A DNA stretch of 62,801 nt, the filler included. It is 4 parts of 4 records of this genome, joined end to end, with 100 filler letters (N's around TTAATTAATTAA, not from the genome) between each part and the next. Parts side by side here need not be neighbours in the genome. Positions count along the whole stretch, not along the records: positions 1 to 28,209 come from SRR20825019_1416; 3 more parts are not named here. One strand, written 5' to 3'. A model generated the notes under the pieces. It made no database searches. It worked only from the letters and a program-made list of their open reading frames with translations, and was not told where the DNA came from. Every line of letters begins with the position of its first letter. Position 1 is the stretch's first letter. A program made the translations under genes and the position numbers. Below, piece after piece: positions 9,189 through 19,248 of the stretch.

Positions 9189-9608
9189 ATGTCTGACGAA
9201 AACGAAAACACGCCGGAAAACGACGAGCAGCTGGCGGGTAAAATAAAAGGGTCTGCGCGGCAGATCTGGCTGGCCGGGCTCGGTGCCTACACCAAGGCCG
9301 AGGAGGACGCTGGTCGCTTCTTTGAGCGTCTGGTTCAGGAAGGCGAGCAGTTGGAGAGTAAGACCCGCGGCGTGGTCGAAAAGCACGTACGCACAGTGGA
9401 AGACCGTGTGGACGATGTGCGGGAAAAGGCCACTGGCACCTGGGACCGCCTCGAGAACATGTTTGATGAGCGCGTGTCCGGCGCGTTGCGTCGATTGGGT
9501 ATTCACCGTCGGGACGAAATCGAAGCCATGGAACGCCGGATTCAGGCCCTGGAAGCGGAACTCCAACGCCTCAGGGAGCAGACCGAGGACCGCTCCGAAG
9601 AGGAATGA
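9189..9608 (+). CDS. Phasin-family granule-associated protein (PhaI/PhaF-like)
   Basis: ARQIWLAGLGAY, F..LV.EGE.LE, WD.LE..FD.RV..AL.RLG. Confidence 0.85.
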   Translation: MSDENENTPENDEQLAGKIKGSARQIWLAGLGAYTKAEEDAGRFFERLVQEGEQLESKTRGVVEKHVRTVEDRVDDVREKATGTWDRLENMFDERVSGALRRLGIHRRDEIEAMERRIQALEAELQRLREQTEDRSEEE

Positions 9609-9630
9609 TGCTCGCTTCCGGCCGTTGATG

Positions 9631-10260
9631 TCAGAGGTAATCCCGGCTCATCAGGTAAATCTGTTCTTTTTCATCCGGGCCCAGGTAGGGCAATAGCAAG
9701 TGCATCATCTGGTAAACACCGCGGCCCGGGTCCATGGAGTCGCGGTCATCCAGATGCGACAGGCTGTCGAAGCTGCTCCAATAGCAGGCGGTGAGCGTCA
9801 ACTGGTCGCAGAGTGCATCCAGCTCCCCATCGGTAATCTCCATGACGCCCTGGCGTCGAAAGCTCTCGCAGATGACCCTGAAACCATGGGTTTTCTTTTT
9901 CAGAATGCGCCGGAAGCGGGTTTGAAGCTGCTCGTATCGGGACAGGACGTTCACCAGATCCTGATACAGGAATCGGTAGCGGGCGACGGTTTCGAACAAC
10001 AGATGCAGGAAAAAACTCTGCTGGTCCAGGCTGATGGTCGCGTCTTCCGGAACCGCCAGCAGGTCGTGCATTTCGTGTTCATAGCTGGCAAACAGTTCCC
10101 CGACAATATCGCCCTTGCTCTTGAAGTGGTAATAGAGGTTGCCGGGGCTGATCTCCAGTTCGTCCGAAATCAACAGGGTGGTTACGTTGGGCTCGCCGAT
10201 GCTGTTGAACAGCATCAGGCTGGCCTCAAGTATACGGTCGCGGGTTTTCATTTTTTTCAT
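9631..10260 (-). CDS. TetR-family regulator, PhaD-like
   Basis: KTRDRIL..SL.LFN..GEPNVTT..I..EL.ISPGNLYYHF, YRFLYQDL; start ATG at 10260 or 10251. Confidence 0.85.
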   Translation of the reverse strand: MKKMKTRDRILEASLMLFNSIGEPNVTTLLISDELEISPGNLYYHFKSKGDIVGELFASYEHEMHDLLAVPEDATISLDQQSFFLHLLFETVARYRFLYQDLVNVLSRYEQLQTRFRRILKKKTHGFRVICESFRRQGVMEITDGELDALCDQLTLTACYWSSFDSLSHLDDRDSMDPGRGVYQMMHLLLPYLGPDEKEQIYLMSRDYL

Positions 10261-10282
10261 GTCGCGGCCCGGCGAGGTGGGT

Positions 10283-11095
10283 TCAAAGCGAGAAACGAGC
10301 CCACACCGGACAATGGTCCGAAGGCCGCTCCATGGCGCGAATATCGTAGCTGACGCCTGCTTCTTCCGCCTTGGGTAGAAGCGGGTCACTGGCCATGATC
10401 AGGTCGATCCTCAGGCCGCGGCGTGGGTCCCTGTCAAAGCCCTTGCTGCGGTAATCAAACCAGCTGAAGGTGTCAGATTCCTCGGGGTGCAGGTGTCGAA
10501 ACACGTCCGTGAAACCACGACTTTCGACCTGTCCCAGCCATTCACGCTCTTCCGGAAGAAAGCTGCATTTGCCGGTTCTCAGCCAGCGCTTGGCGTTGTC
10601 GGCACCGATGCCGATGTCCTGGTCAGTAGGCGAGATATTCATATCGCCCATTACCACAATCTCACCGTTGGCGGCTTTCAGGTCGTCCAGGTAGCGCATC
10701 AGGTCCGCGTAGAATTTTTCCTTGGCGGGAAACTTTATCGGGTGGTCTCGGCTCTCGCCCTGGGGAAAATAACCGTTGATCACCGTAAGTTTGCGGCCAT
10801 TGACCGTGAAGTGGCCGGTAATCAGCCTGCGTTGGGAGTCCTCTCCGTCCCACGGGTAGCCTTTCTGGACGCTGTCCGGCGCCTGGCGGGAAAGAAGAGC
10901 AACGCCGTAATGAGTCTTCTGGCCATGGAAGTGAACGTGGTAGCCGAGTTCGCGAATGGCGTCCTCCGGGAACTCCTCGTCGGTTACCTTGGTTTCCTGC
11001 AGGCCGATAAAATCCGGGTTCAGGCTATCAATCACGGCCTCAAGCTGATGCAGCCGCGTGCGGATACTGTTGACGTTGAATGAGACAAACATCAT
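10283..11095 (-). CDS. xthA: Exodeoxyribonuclease III
   Basis: [39 protein letters not shown]. Confidence 0.96.
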   Translation of the reverse strand: MMFVSFNVNSIRTRLHQLEAVIDSLNPDFIGLQETKVTDEEFPEDAIRELGYHVHFHGQKTHYGVALLSRQAPDSVQKGYPWDGEDSQRRLITGHFTVNGRKLTVINGYFPQGESRDHPIKFPAKEKFYADLMRYLDDLKAANGEIVVMGDMNISPTDQDIGIGADNAKRWLRTGKCSFLPEEREWLGQVESRGFTDVFRHLHPEESDTFSWFDYRSKGFDRDPRRGLRIDLIMASDPLLPKAEEAGVSYDIRAMERPSDHCPVWARFSL

Positions 11096-11202
11096 CGGCG
11101 GAAACCTTCTGTTTTGCAGTTTTGGCGATTGTCAGGGTGTGTCAGGAAACCGCAAGTCTACCACAACAGGTCGGTGTGTCCGCCTTGGCTGCAAGGACGG
11201 AT

Positions 11203-11934
11203 TCAGCGGGTCAGTTCACAATCCGGAGCGGTGTCCACGGCATAGCGGATATGGGCGGTGTAGTTTGAGTCCTTATCCTTGCGGATATTGGTCAACCCAA
11301 GGTAGTCCGTCAGCGCGCCGTTGTCGTTATAGCCCAGGAGGATCGGGTCAACCAGAAAGCTCAGGATTGTGCTCGAGGGCTCTATCAGCACCGTATGTGT
11401 GGCGTTGATGCGGTCGTCCTTCGCAGGCTCCAGTACAAAGCCATAGGCTTTGCCCCGTGTGGGCGCCAGAAAGTTGAATTCGATGCGGTCACCGGAAGTG
11501 ACCTCGGGCCAGTGGTTGCGGACCAGATTGTCGAAGCCCGCATCTGCCACCAGTTTCCGGGTGACCTCCACCGTCGAGTTTTCCGTGTCGCCTTCCGGAG
11601 TCTGCCACTCGATTTCCAGCGTCGCGTCATCCCGGTTGCGGATCTCCATGACTTCATTGAAACCCGGCTGTCGGAAGGTCATCGCTGGACGCAACGTCGA
11701 TTGTTCGTAAGACAGCGTCTTTTCAGCAAATGGCTCACCGTTACTGCGAAGGTAAGTCACGTTGTGGGAGGCGGGTCGGAAAAGGCCATCGGTGCACTTG
11801 CCTGTGACCACGTGCTGCTCTTCATAGAGCAGGTTGTCGCCGTTCAACGGCATCGCCTGGCCGGTAAAGCGCATCTCGGCGGCCGCGGCCGACAGGGGCA
11901 GGGCGCAGGCGAGCAAAAGGGCGCTGGACCTCAT
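11203..11934 (-). CDS. Hypothetical exported protein, last gene of the lipid-modification operon
   Basis: Signal-peptide-like MRSSALLLACALPLSAAAAE; ATGA overlap with the upstream gene. Confidence 0.7.
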   Translation of the reverse strand: MRSSALLLACALPLSAAAAEMRFTGQAMPLNGDNLLYEEQHVVTGKCTDGLFRPASHNVTYLRSNGEPFAEKTLSYEQSTLRPAMTFRQPGFNEVMEIRNRDDATLEIEWQTPEGDTENSTVEVTRKLVADAGFDNLVRNHWPEVTSGDRIEFNFLAPTRGKAYGFVLEPAKDDRINATHTVLIEPSSTILSFLVDPILLGYNDNGALTDYLGLTNIRKDKDSNYTAHIRYAVDTAPDCELTR

Positions 11935-12452
11935 CGTATCAGCTCCGGATAGAGGGCCTTGCGGAGATAGAGAAGGCTCGGGAATACAACCAGCCAGCCC
12001 AATGCCAGCGCAGCCAAAGAAAGTGTGAGATTCGGAAGTTGCACGGCGCCCAGCGCGCTGGCGGACCAGTAGGCAAAAGGCCCGGCGATGGGGGCACACA
12101 CAAAGGGCAGCCAGGGTTTGCTGCCAATCCATGACAGGGAATGGCTCAGGGTGGTCATGAATATGGCCCAGATGCCGACCAGCCAGACCGGTGTGATCTG
12201 TACGCTGCCAGTGCCATCATCAAGGATGCCGGTCTGGAACCAGATGCCGTCCAGTACACCGCCCAGAACCGTGCCGGCGCCGATAAACTGCAGTTCGATG
12301 GAGCGGTGCTGGCTGACAAACAGCATGTGGAAAACCAATAGCAGGACCACGAATCCGGCAGCCATCAGGCCCGGATAGAGCACGCATACGAACCAGCCAG
12401 CCTGGAACAGGGCGAAGTTCACGACATTGCGCAGGGTATCATTGTGGATCAT
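11931..12452 (-). CDS. DUF2878-family membrane protein
   Basis: N...FQ.GWF.CV, P.WL...W..F.TTL.HSL.W, GP..Y; typical cfa neighbour. Confidence 0.8.
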   Translation of the reverse strand: MIHNDTLRNVVNFALFQAGWFVCVLYPGLMAAGFVVLLLVFHMLFVSQHRSIELQFIGAGTVLGGVLDGIWFQTGILDDGTGSVQITPVWLVGIWAIFMTTLSHSLSWIGSKPWLPFVCAPIAGPFAYWSASALGAVQLPNLTLSLAALALGWLVVFPSLLYLRKALYPELIR

Positions 12453-13717
12453 ACGCTCAGGATGTTCTCACGCTTGTTACCTGGCTTGGCGAACAGGATC
12501 TGGGAAACTCCAATGGCTCGTTCACTGAAGCCGGCCTCGCAATAGGCGAAGTAGAAATGCCACAGGCGGCGGAAGGCCTTGTCGTAGCCAAGGCTGTCGA
12601 GCGTATCCCGGTTCGCCATGAAGCGATCGCACCAGTCCCGCAGCGTGCGGGCGTAATGGAAGCCGATATCTTCAGCGTGGGTCATTACCAGGTCCGAACC
12701 GGTGCGGACGGAGTCCAGCATCGCGCCAAAAGAGGGAATGAAACTGCCCGGAAAAATAAATCGTTGAATGAAATCGACGTTCTTCAGGGCGCGCTTGTAG
12801 CGCTGCTCGGGCATATTGATGGCCTGCACCAGGGCCAGGCCGTCCGGTTTCAGCAAGCGGCTGATTTGAGAAAAGTAGCTGTCCAGAAATTGCGGGCCCA
12901 CCGCCTCGATCATTTCGATGGACACCAGCTTGTCGAACTGGCCTTCCAGGTCGCGGTAGTCGTCAAACAGCAGGGTGATCTGCGCTTCCAGGCCCTCGTC
13001 GCTGACCTTTTTTCTCGCCAGTTCCAGCTGCTCGGCGGAAATCGTCGTGGTCGTCACATGACAGCCATAATGTTTGGCCGCATGCACGGCGAATCCACCC
13101 CAGCCGGTGCCGATTTCGATCACCCGGTCGCCCGGTTGCAGGTCCAGTTTTCGGCAGATGGTATCCAGTTTGTGAACCGCCGCTTGCTCCAGCGTCGCCT
13201 CTGGGCCTGGGTAGATGGCGGAGGAATACATCATCGTGGGGTCAAGGAAGGTCTCGAACAGGTCGTTACCCAGGTCGTAGTGGGCGCTGATGTTCTTGCG
13301 GGAACCTTCCTTCGTATTGCGATTCAGCCAGTGCAGGCCCTTCAAGGCCGGTTTGGTGACCCAACTGAATCGGTCCTCGAAGGCGTTCATTCGATCAACG
13401 TTTCGGGTAAAGAACCGCAACAGGGCCACCAGGTCCGGCGTTGACCAGTCACCTGCGACATAGGCTTCAGCGGCACCCACGCTGCCGCCCGTTAGCAGAT
13501 CCTTCCAGGTGCTGTGGTCGTGGATGACCAGCTCCGCCGGCGCGAATCGGCTGTCGCTGTCTCCAAAGGTCAGGGTTTCCATCCCGGCTTCACGAATCGT
13601 CAGTGTTCCCGCTTCAAGAAGGGAAAGCTGCTGGCACACAAGGGCTTTCGCCCACCGGCTGGTGAGCGGCGCCTGGCCAGTGCCAGTGGATTCAAGCGAG
13701 GTGTTCAGGTTCTCCAT
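12449..13717 (-). CDS. cfa: Cyclopropane-fatty-acyl-phospholipid synthase family SAM methyltransferase (Cfa/UfaM-like)
   Basis: NI.AHYDLGN, MMYSSA, EIGTGWG, SIEMIEAVG, FI..FIFPG, YF.YCE.GF. Confidence 0.9.
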   Translation of the reverse strand: MENLNTSLESTGTGQAPLTSRWAKALVCQQLSLLEAGTLTIREAGMETLTFGDSDSRFAPAELVIHDHSTWKDLLTGGSVGAAEAYVAGDWSTPDLVALLRFFTRNVDRMNAFEDRFSWVTKPALKGLHWLNRNTKEGSRKNISAHYDLGNDLFETFLDPTMMYSSAIYPGPEATLEQAAVHKLDTICRKLDLQPGDRVIEIGTGWGGFAVHAAKHYGCHVTTTTISAEQLELARKKVSDEGLEAQITLLFDDYRDLEGQFDKLVSIEMIEAVGPQFLDSYFSQISRLLKPDGLALVQAINMPEQRYKRALKNVDFIQRFIFPGSFIPSFGAMLDSVRTGSDLVMTHAEDIGFHYARTLRDWCDRFMANRDTLDSLGYDKAFRRLWHFYFAYCEAGFSERAIGVSQILFAKPGNKRENILSV

Positions 13718-14628
13718 GAGCTTACCTTTCCGGTTGTCTTGTTCTGGGCTGTGGGTTCGGTGACATCCCGGCCTGAGTCTTCTGCGCCGCGCCGGTGCGC
13801 CGGGTCGTTTTCAGGCAGCTTGTTTGGATGGGTAAAGAACGGCACCCCTTTGAGCTTGAGCTTCAGGGCGTGCCAGTAAATACCGCCCACCACCTTCAGC
13901 GCTTCCAGTGGAAACTGCCTAAGGCTCCTGTGTAGTTCTTTACGATCCAGGGGGGTGCGTCGGACCACCAATGTGGCATCAAAATGCTTGCGTTCGTCCT
14001 GTTTCACACCCATGTGGATTCGAAGTTCAGGGCCGCGGAAACTGAACGTCCACTGGTAATGCTGATCCATGGGATTGAAGGGCGATACGTGAAAGCGTTT
14101 GCTGAAATCGAAGCGCTCAGTGCGCCAGCCGGCACTGGTTGGTTCCGCGCCTGTGGTTTCGAGGCAGTACACATGGCGATCTTTCCAGGGTGTATTGGTG
14201 ATCTGAGCCATGATGACCCGGGGCACGGCTCCATGATCCGGGCGGTCGCCGGCGTGGTAGCAGAAGTAGAAACTGACCGGATTGAACACATACCCGAAAT
14301 AACGGGGATGAGTAATGAGTTGCACCGCGCCGTCCGGGCGCCATCCCGTCGCCTGTTGTACCTGATCGCTCACGGCCTGCAGGAGGTTGTCGGTCTCGGG
14401 CCGGAAATAGTCACGGCGGTACAGGGACAACCAGTTGAAGCGTTCCAGGGAAAACAGGCGGCTGATATGGGTTATGGATGGCCACTCGCGCAGGTCCAGG
14501 GCCAGCATGCCGGTGCTGTAGCTGAATTCGTGGCGGACCGGTGCCTTGCGACGATGCCGAATCGTGCCCTCCAGCCATTGGCTGTGAAGCTGATTGGCGA
14601 CCATGTTTTGCGGTAGGGCAGCGTTCAT
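13705..14628 (-). CDS. DUF1365-family protein (UfaO-like)
   Basis: H.R..P..H.F.Y, R.FGY.FNPVSFY, NTPW..RH.Y, K.FHVSPF, IYW.ALKL.LKG.PF..HP. Confidence 0.88.
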   Translation of the reverse strand: MNAALPQNMVANQLHSQWLEGTIRHRRKAPVRHEFSYSTGMLALDLREWPSITHISRLFSLERFNWLSLYRRDYFRPETDNLLQAVSDQVQQATGWRPDGAVQLITHPRYFGYVFNPVSFYFCYHAGDRPDHGAVPRVIMAQITNTPWKDRHVYCLETTGAEPTSAGWRTERFDFSKRFHVSPFNPMDQHYQWTFSFRGPELRIHMGVKQDERKHFDATLVVRRTPLDRKELHRSLRQFPLEALKVVGGIYWHALKLKLKGVPFFTHPNKLPENDPAHRRGAEDSGRDVTEPTAQNKTTGKVSSWRT

Positions 14629-14630
14629 GG

Positions 14631-15896
14631 CTACAGCTCCACTCCCAAAGCCTGAGTAACGCGGAGCGCACTGCTCACACCGTCCTCATGAAAGCCATTG
14701 AACCAGTAGGCGCCACAGAAGTGGCTGCGGTTGTGGCCGCCGATTTCGTCATAGCGTTTCTGGGCCGCCACGGCCTCCAGGGTGAACACGGGGTGTGCGT
14801 AGTCGAAGCGTTTTATGATGCGCTCCGGATCAATGTCCTGGCTGCGGTTGAGGGTGACACAGAAGGTTTCCGGTGCCTCATCGAAATTCTGCAGTACGTT
14901 CATGTTATAGGTCACAGACACAGGCTCGGTGCTGTGTTGCGGTATGAAATAGTTCCACGCCGCCCACGCCCTGCGATTTGATGGCAGTACCGAACTGTCG
15001 GTGTGCAACACCACATCATTGCGTTGATAGGTAATGGCACCAAGAATATCCAGTTCTTCGGCGGAAGGATCGGCGATCATGCCGAGGGCTTGGTCGCTGT
15101 GGCAGGCAAATACCACCTGGTCAAAGTGGTGGTGCTCGTTATTGACGGTGACCACCACATGGTCCGGCTCACGGACGACGGAACTGACCGGGCTGTTCAA
15201 ATGTATGCGTTCGCCCAGGCGTTCCATCATCGCATCGACATAGCGCGCGGAGCCGCCGGAAATGACCCGCCAGGTCGGACGATCGTCTACCGACAACATG
15301 CCGTGATTATTGAAAAACTGGAGAAAGAATCGGATCGGGAACTGCTCCAGGACAATCTCCGGCGCCGACCAGATCGCAGCCCCCATGGGGACGATGTAGT
15401 ATTGGCGGAAGTAGCGCGAGTAGCCGTTGCGGTTCAGGTATTCGCCCAGGGTTTCGGTGTCTGCGATGTTGCCAGCGGCCAGGTCTGCCCGGGATTCCTT
15501 ATTGAAGCGCAGGATCTCCTGGATCATACGAAGGAATGGTAGATTCAGCAGGTTTCTGCGTTGGGCGAACAGGGTGTTCAGGCTGGTGCCGTTGTACTGT
15601 AGCCCGGAGGAATGACAGTCAACACTGAAACTCATGTCGCTGACCTCCGACGCAACACCCAAGCGGTCCATCAGCTTCATGAAATTGGGGTACGTCCAGT
15701 CATTGAAGACGATAAAACCGGTGTTGACCGGCCACTCCCGACCACCGGCGGTAACCATCTCTGTGTTGGTGTGGCCTCCGGCATAGTCGCCAGCTTCAAA
15801 CAGCTCCACATCGTACTTTTCGGATAAGAGCCAGGCTGTTGTAAGGCCGGAGACCCCAGCGCCAATGACTGCAATACGTTGACGTTCGTTACTCAT
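14631..15896 (-). CDS. FAD-dependent amine-oxidase-family oxidoreductase (UfaD-like)
   Basis: IAVIGAGVSGL, GGHTNT, TGFIVFN..TYPNF, WAAWNY, GAYW.NGFHEDG. Confidence 0.88.
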   Translation of the reverse strand: MSNERQRIAVIGAGVSGLTTAWLLSEKYDVELFEAGDYAGGHTNTEMVTAGGREWPVNTGFIVFNDWTYPNFMKLMDRLGVASEVSDMSFSVDCHSSGLQYNGTSLNTLFAQRRNLLNLPFLRMIQEILRFNKESRADLAAGNIADTETLGEYLNRNGYSRYFRQYYIVPMGAAIWSAPEIVLEQFPIRFFLQFFNNHGMLSVDDRPTWRVISGGSARYVDAMMERLGERIHLNSPVSSVVREPDHVVVTVNNEHHHFDQVVFACHSDQALGMIADPSAEELDILGAITYQRNDVVLHTDSSVLPSNRRAWAAWNYFIPQHSTEPVSVTYNMNVLQNFDEAPETFCVTLNRSQDIDPERIIKRFDYAHPVFTLEAVAAQKRYDEIGGHNRSHFCGAYWFNGFHEDGVSSALRVTQALGVEL

Positions 15897-16693
15897 CCAC
15901 TGGTTTCCTGTTCATTCCTGCTTTTGCGGCTCATGCTGGCGGCCATGCGATCAATCAACCCCTGGGGCAGGGCGCCCAGAGCCTTCAGTGTCCAGGTGAA
16001 TCGCTTCGGAAAAGCGATTTCGTTACGGCCTTTACGCAGTCCTTTGACGATACGGCCCGCGGCGTCTTCCGCTGAGACCAGGAACGGCATCGGAAAATCG
16101 TTTCTGTCGGTCAGCGGCGTTTTCACAAACCCCGGCGAAACCACCACCACGTCGATGCCTTCGGGCGCCAGATCCGCTCGTAGCGCGTGTGCAAAGTAGG
16201 TGAGCGCGGCCTTGGAGGACCCGTACCCCTCGGCACGGCCGAAGGGAAACCACCACGCCGATGAGCTGACAATCACTAGCGTCGCCGGTTGGCCCTTCGC
16301 GACAGTGCGCCGCAGAGCCGGCAAGGCAATATCCAGACAGCGTGCGGTGCCCACCACGTTGGTGTTGATGTTGTTTTCAATCACAGCGCTGTCGTAGTCG
16401 GCGATTTCCAGGTATTCACAGGTGCCGGCGTTGAGGATGGCCATGTTGAGGTCGCCGTGGGTTTCCAGGGTGGAGGAAATACCCTGTAGGTCGTCCCGGC
16501 TCGTGGTGTCCGCCCGCGCTGCTACAACTCGCTCTGGCGCCAATGCGCTCAAGCCGTCCAATGCCTCCTGCCGTCGGCCGGTGATCACCAAACGGTGCCC
16601 CTGGTCTACCAGCGCGTGGGTAACGGCTTCTCCGATCCCTGAGCTGGCCCCGGTAATCCAGATGTTGGATGCTGTTCCAAGCCGTTCACTCAT
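15893..16693 (-). CDS. SDR-family oxidoreductase
   Basis: WITGASSGIG, NAG, YGSSK (YxxxK), PGFVKTPLT. Confidence 0.92.
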   Translation of the reverse strand: MSERLGTASNIWITGASSGIGEAVTHALVDQGHRLVITGRRQEALDGLSALAPERVVAARADTTSRDDLQGISSTLETHGDLNMAILNAGTCEYLEIADYDSAVIENNINTNVVGTARCLDIALPALRRTVAKGQPATLVIVSSSAWWFPFGRAEGYGSSKAALTYFAHALRADLAPEGIDVVVVSPGFVKTPLTDRNDFPMPFLVSAEDAAGRIVKGLRKGRNEIAFPKRFTWTLKALGALPQGLIDRMAASMSRKSRNEQETSG

Positions 16694-17157
16694 CCCGCCT
16701 GATTCCTTATCCAACGGATCACGCCACCCAGTAACGGAAGGTTTTCGTAGAGCAACTGGCCGATGTCGAAATAATCCCGATGGGAGAGAACGCGCCCCTC
16801 ACGAATAACCAACTGACTAATGCCTTCCACCGCAACCGGGTTGCCCTTCCGAATACGCTTGTGCCTGAGGTGCATCACCCAGGGAATGCACACATCCTCG
16901 CCGTTGACCACGGGCTCGCCGAAGTCGAAACCGCAGGAAATCACGTTGGCGTAGGCCCCGGAAAAGTATTCTGTCAGTTCACCAATTCCCCGCACGCTCG
17001 TGAACGGATCGGTAAACGTCACGTTTTCGCTGTACACGCTGGACAGCTCCGCCATGTTGCCGGCGCAGAGGTTATTGAAGAGTTGCGTGAAGCGCCCAAG
17101 AGTTTCCTGGACGGATGAATTCTGGTTGCCCATTTCGATGATAGAGGCGGTACTCAT
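16690..17157 (-). CDS. SnoaL/NTF2-like protein
   Basis: Y...V.F.DP, HRDYFD....YE..P.LG; start ATG at 17157 (GAGGAGG RBS). Confidence 0.85.
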   Translation of the reverse strand: MSTASIIEMGNQNSSVQETLGRFTQLFNNLCAGNMAELSSVYSENVTFTDPFTSVRGIGELTEYFSGAYANVISCGFDFGEPVVNGEDVCIPWVMHLRHKRIRKGNPVAVEGISQLVIREGRVLSHRDYFDIGQLLYENLPLLGGVIRWIRNQAG

Positions 17158-18110
17158 GAGTGTTTCCTCCTCATGGAATCCAGTTGGCGGGTTTCTTCCT
17201 GAATGTGTTCTGGAATAGGGTTCATGTCCCATATGATGCCAAGACGCGCGAGTAGCCACAGTCCGTACCAGGTCATATCCACCTCGTACCACCGGAATCC
17301 CTGGCGCACGGATTGCGGCCAGCGATGGTGGTTGTTGTGCCAGCCTTCGCCCATGGTGATGAGCGCGAGCCAGACGTTATTCCTGCTGTCGTCGGAAGTC
17401 TCGAAACGGCGTTTTCCCCAGACGTGAGACAGGGAATTGATGGACACCGTGGCATGGAACAGCAACACCGTTGATATGAAGAAGCCCCAGGTCAGCAGCT
17501 GCAAACCATTGGTGCCCAGGCCGGGCGCCCACGCCGCCAGAGCTTCACCCAAGGCATAAATACCGACCGCGGCTGCCGCCGGTACCAATGAGTCAAAGCG
17601 GTTGAGAAAGCGGAGTTCGGGAAATTTCATCCAGTCCTTCACCCGGCGCTCATCCATGGCAAAGCCCGCGTCACAGGTAAACCAGCCAACGTGGGACCAC
17701 CAGAACCCGCCTTGGTGTGGTGAGTGCAAGTCCTTCTCGTCGTCCGAGTGTTGATGGTGGTGCCGATGATGGGCGGCCCACCACAGCGGCCCACGTTGGG
17801 CTGCGCTGGCGCCCAGGACGCCGAAGAAAAACTGTGCAACACGGCTGGTCTTGAAGGTTTTGTGGGCAAAGTAGCGATGGTAGAAGCCGGTGATGGCAAA
17901 CATGCGCACGGCGAAAAAGCCAATTGCAAAGATGACCGCAAAGGTACTGGTGCCCGTGACGATGACCAGCAGACAGGCCAGATGAAGTGCTATAAAGGGA
18001 ACCACCCTGAGAAAATTGAAAGCCCGCGAGCTTGTGTCGAGGTGATCCGAACCCGCAGCGGAGTCGAACCATCTCAGAATGTTTGTCAGCCAGTGTTGCA
18101 CTCGGGTCAT
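17154..18110 (-). CDS. Delta9-type acyl-CoA/acyl-lipid desaturase
   Basis: His boxes YHRYFAH, HHRHHH, HNNHH; INSL.H; GEGWHNNHH. Confidence 0.93.
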   Translation of the reverse strand: MTRVQHWLTNILRWFDSAAGSDHLDTSSRAFNFLRVVPFIALHLACLLVIVTGTSTFAVIFAIGFFAVRMFAITGFYHRYFAHKTFKTSRVAQFFFGVLGASAAQRGPLWWAAHHRHHHQHSDDEKDLHSPHQGGFWWSHVGWFTCDAGFAMDERRVKDWMKFPELRFLNRFDSLVPAAAAVGIYALGEALAAWAPGLGTNGLQLLTWGFFISTVLLFHATVSINSLSHVWGKRRFETSDDSRNNVWLALITMGEGWHNNHHRWPQSVRQGFRWYEVDMTWYGLWLLARLGIIWDMNPIPEHIQEETRQLDSMRRKHS

Positions 18111-18227
18111 ACCCTGATTGCCCTTTCGTTCGTGGTTTAACCTGTAAAGCCTGGGCGTTGAAGAATCTCAACCAGACGCTTGACGGGTTCTACGTTCCAA
18201 CAACCGAATTTGGATGCACGTTATACG

Positions 18228-19241
18228 ATGTTTAACCAAACCGATCAGATGCCTGTTATACGCCGGATTGCCATTGTTGGTTCAGGCATGGCCGGCCTGA
18301 GTGCAGCACTTCTGCTTCAGGAGCAGAACCATGAAGTGACGATCTTCGAGAAAAGCCGCGGCCCGGGCGGTCGCATGGCCGCAAAGCGTGTTGCGGGTGG
18401 CTCCGTAGACATCGGGGCGCAATACTTTACGATCAGGAATCCTGCGTTCTCCGCCTTCCTGAACCGTTATGCCGAAGGCAGTTTCAGGCCGTGGCCCGGG
18501 CGGTTTGGTTACCAGACCACCTCCGGGCAATGGGAGCCGTTCCCGCAAGAGACCCGCTACGTCGGCGCTCCCCGGATGACCGCCATCACCCGCGGGCTTT
18601 CCACCGCTGCAGACGTCCAGGCGCAAACGCGCATTGATAGCCTGGTTCGCCAGGGTCAACAGTGGTTGCTGAACGATACAGACGGCGAGTCTTATGGGCC
18701 CTTTGACGCGGTTATCGTCACGGCACCTCCGGCTCAGACCCGGGAGCTGTTCAGCAACAGTAGGCTCACAGCGCTCTCGGACCAGATGCAGGGCCACGTT
18801 AGCCATATCCAGCCGTGCTGGGCAACCGCTGTCTATTTTCGGCAGTCGCTGGAACAGCCCTATGATGGGATGCGGTGCCAGAACCCGATACTCGACTGGA
18901 TTGCGAATAACTCGAGCAAACCGGGCAGGGACGATTCCGGCCAGTGGTGGGTTCTCCATGCAACGCCTCAATGGTCTCGGGAGCACGAAAATACCTCGGC
19001 GGACAAGGTGTCGGCTGCCATGATTGAGGCGTTTAAGAAGGTAACCGGTGTTACTGTCTGCCCTGACGACTGGATTTCGCACCGGTGGCTTTATGCGAAA
19101 TCCTCGCCCACGGAGCAACCCGGTTTTCGCTGGTATGGCGACCAGCGCATCGGGCTGGCCGGGGACTGGCTGAGCGGCGGCCGCGTGGAGGGCGCGTTCA
19201 ATAGTGCCAGTGGCCTGGTCGCGCATATGCTGGCGGACTAA
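18228..19241 (+). CDS. Renalase-like FAD-dependent oxidoreductase
   Basis: IAIVGSGMAG, FEKSRG.GGR, D.GAQYFT, HRW.YA, GDW...RVEGA..S; start 18228 or 18249. Confidence 0.85.
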   Translation: MFNQTDQMPVIRRIAIVGSGMAGLSAALLLQEQNHEVTIFEKSRGPGGRMAAKRVAGGSVDIGAQYFTIRNPAFSAFLNRYAEGSFRPWPGRFGYQTTSGQWEPFPQETRYVGAPRMTAITRGLSTAADVQAQTRIDSLVRQGQQWLLNDTDGESYGPFDAVIVTAPPAQTRELFSNSRLTALSDQMQGHVSHIQPCWATAVYFRQSLEQPYDGMRCQNPILDWIANNSSKPGRDDSGQWWVLHATPQWSREHENTSADKVSAAMIEAFKKVTGVTVCPDDWISHRWLYAKSSPTEQPGFRWYGDQRIGLAGDWLSGGRVEGAFNSASGLVAHMLAD

Positions 19242-19248
19242 ACCCAAC

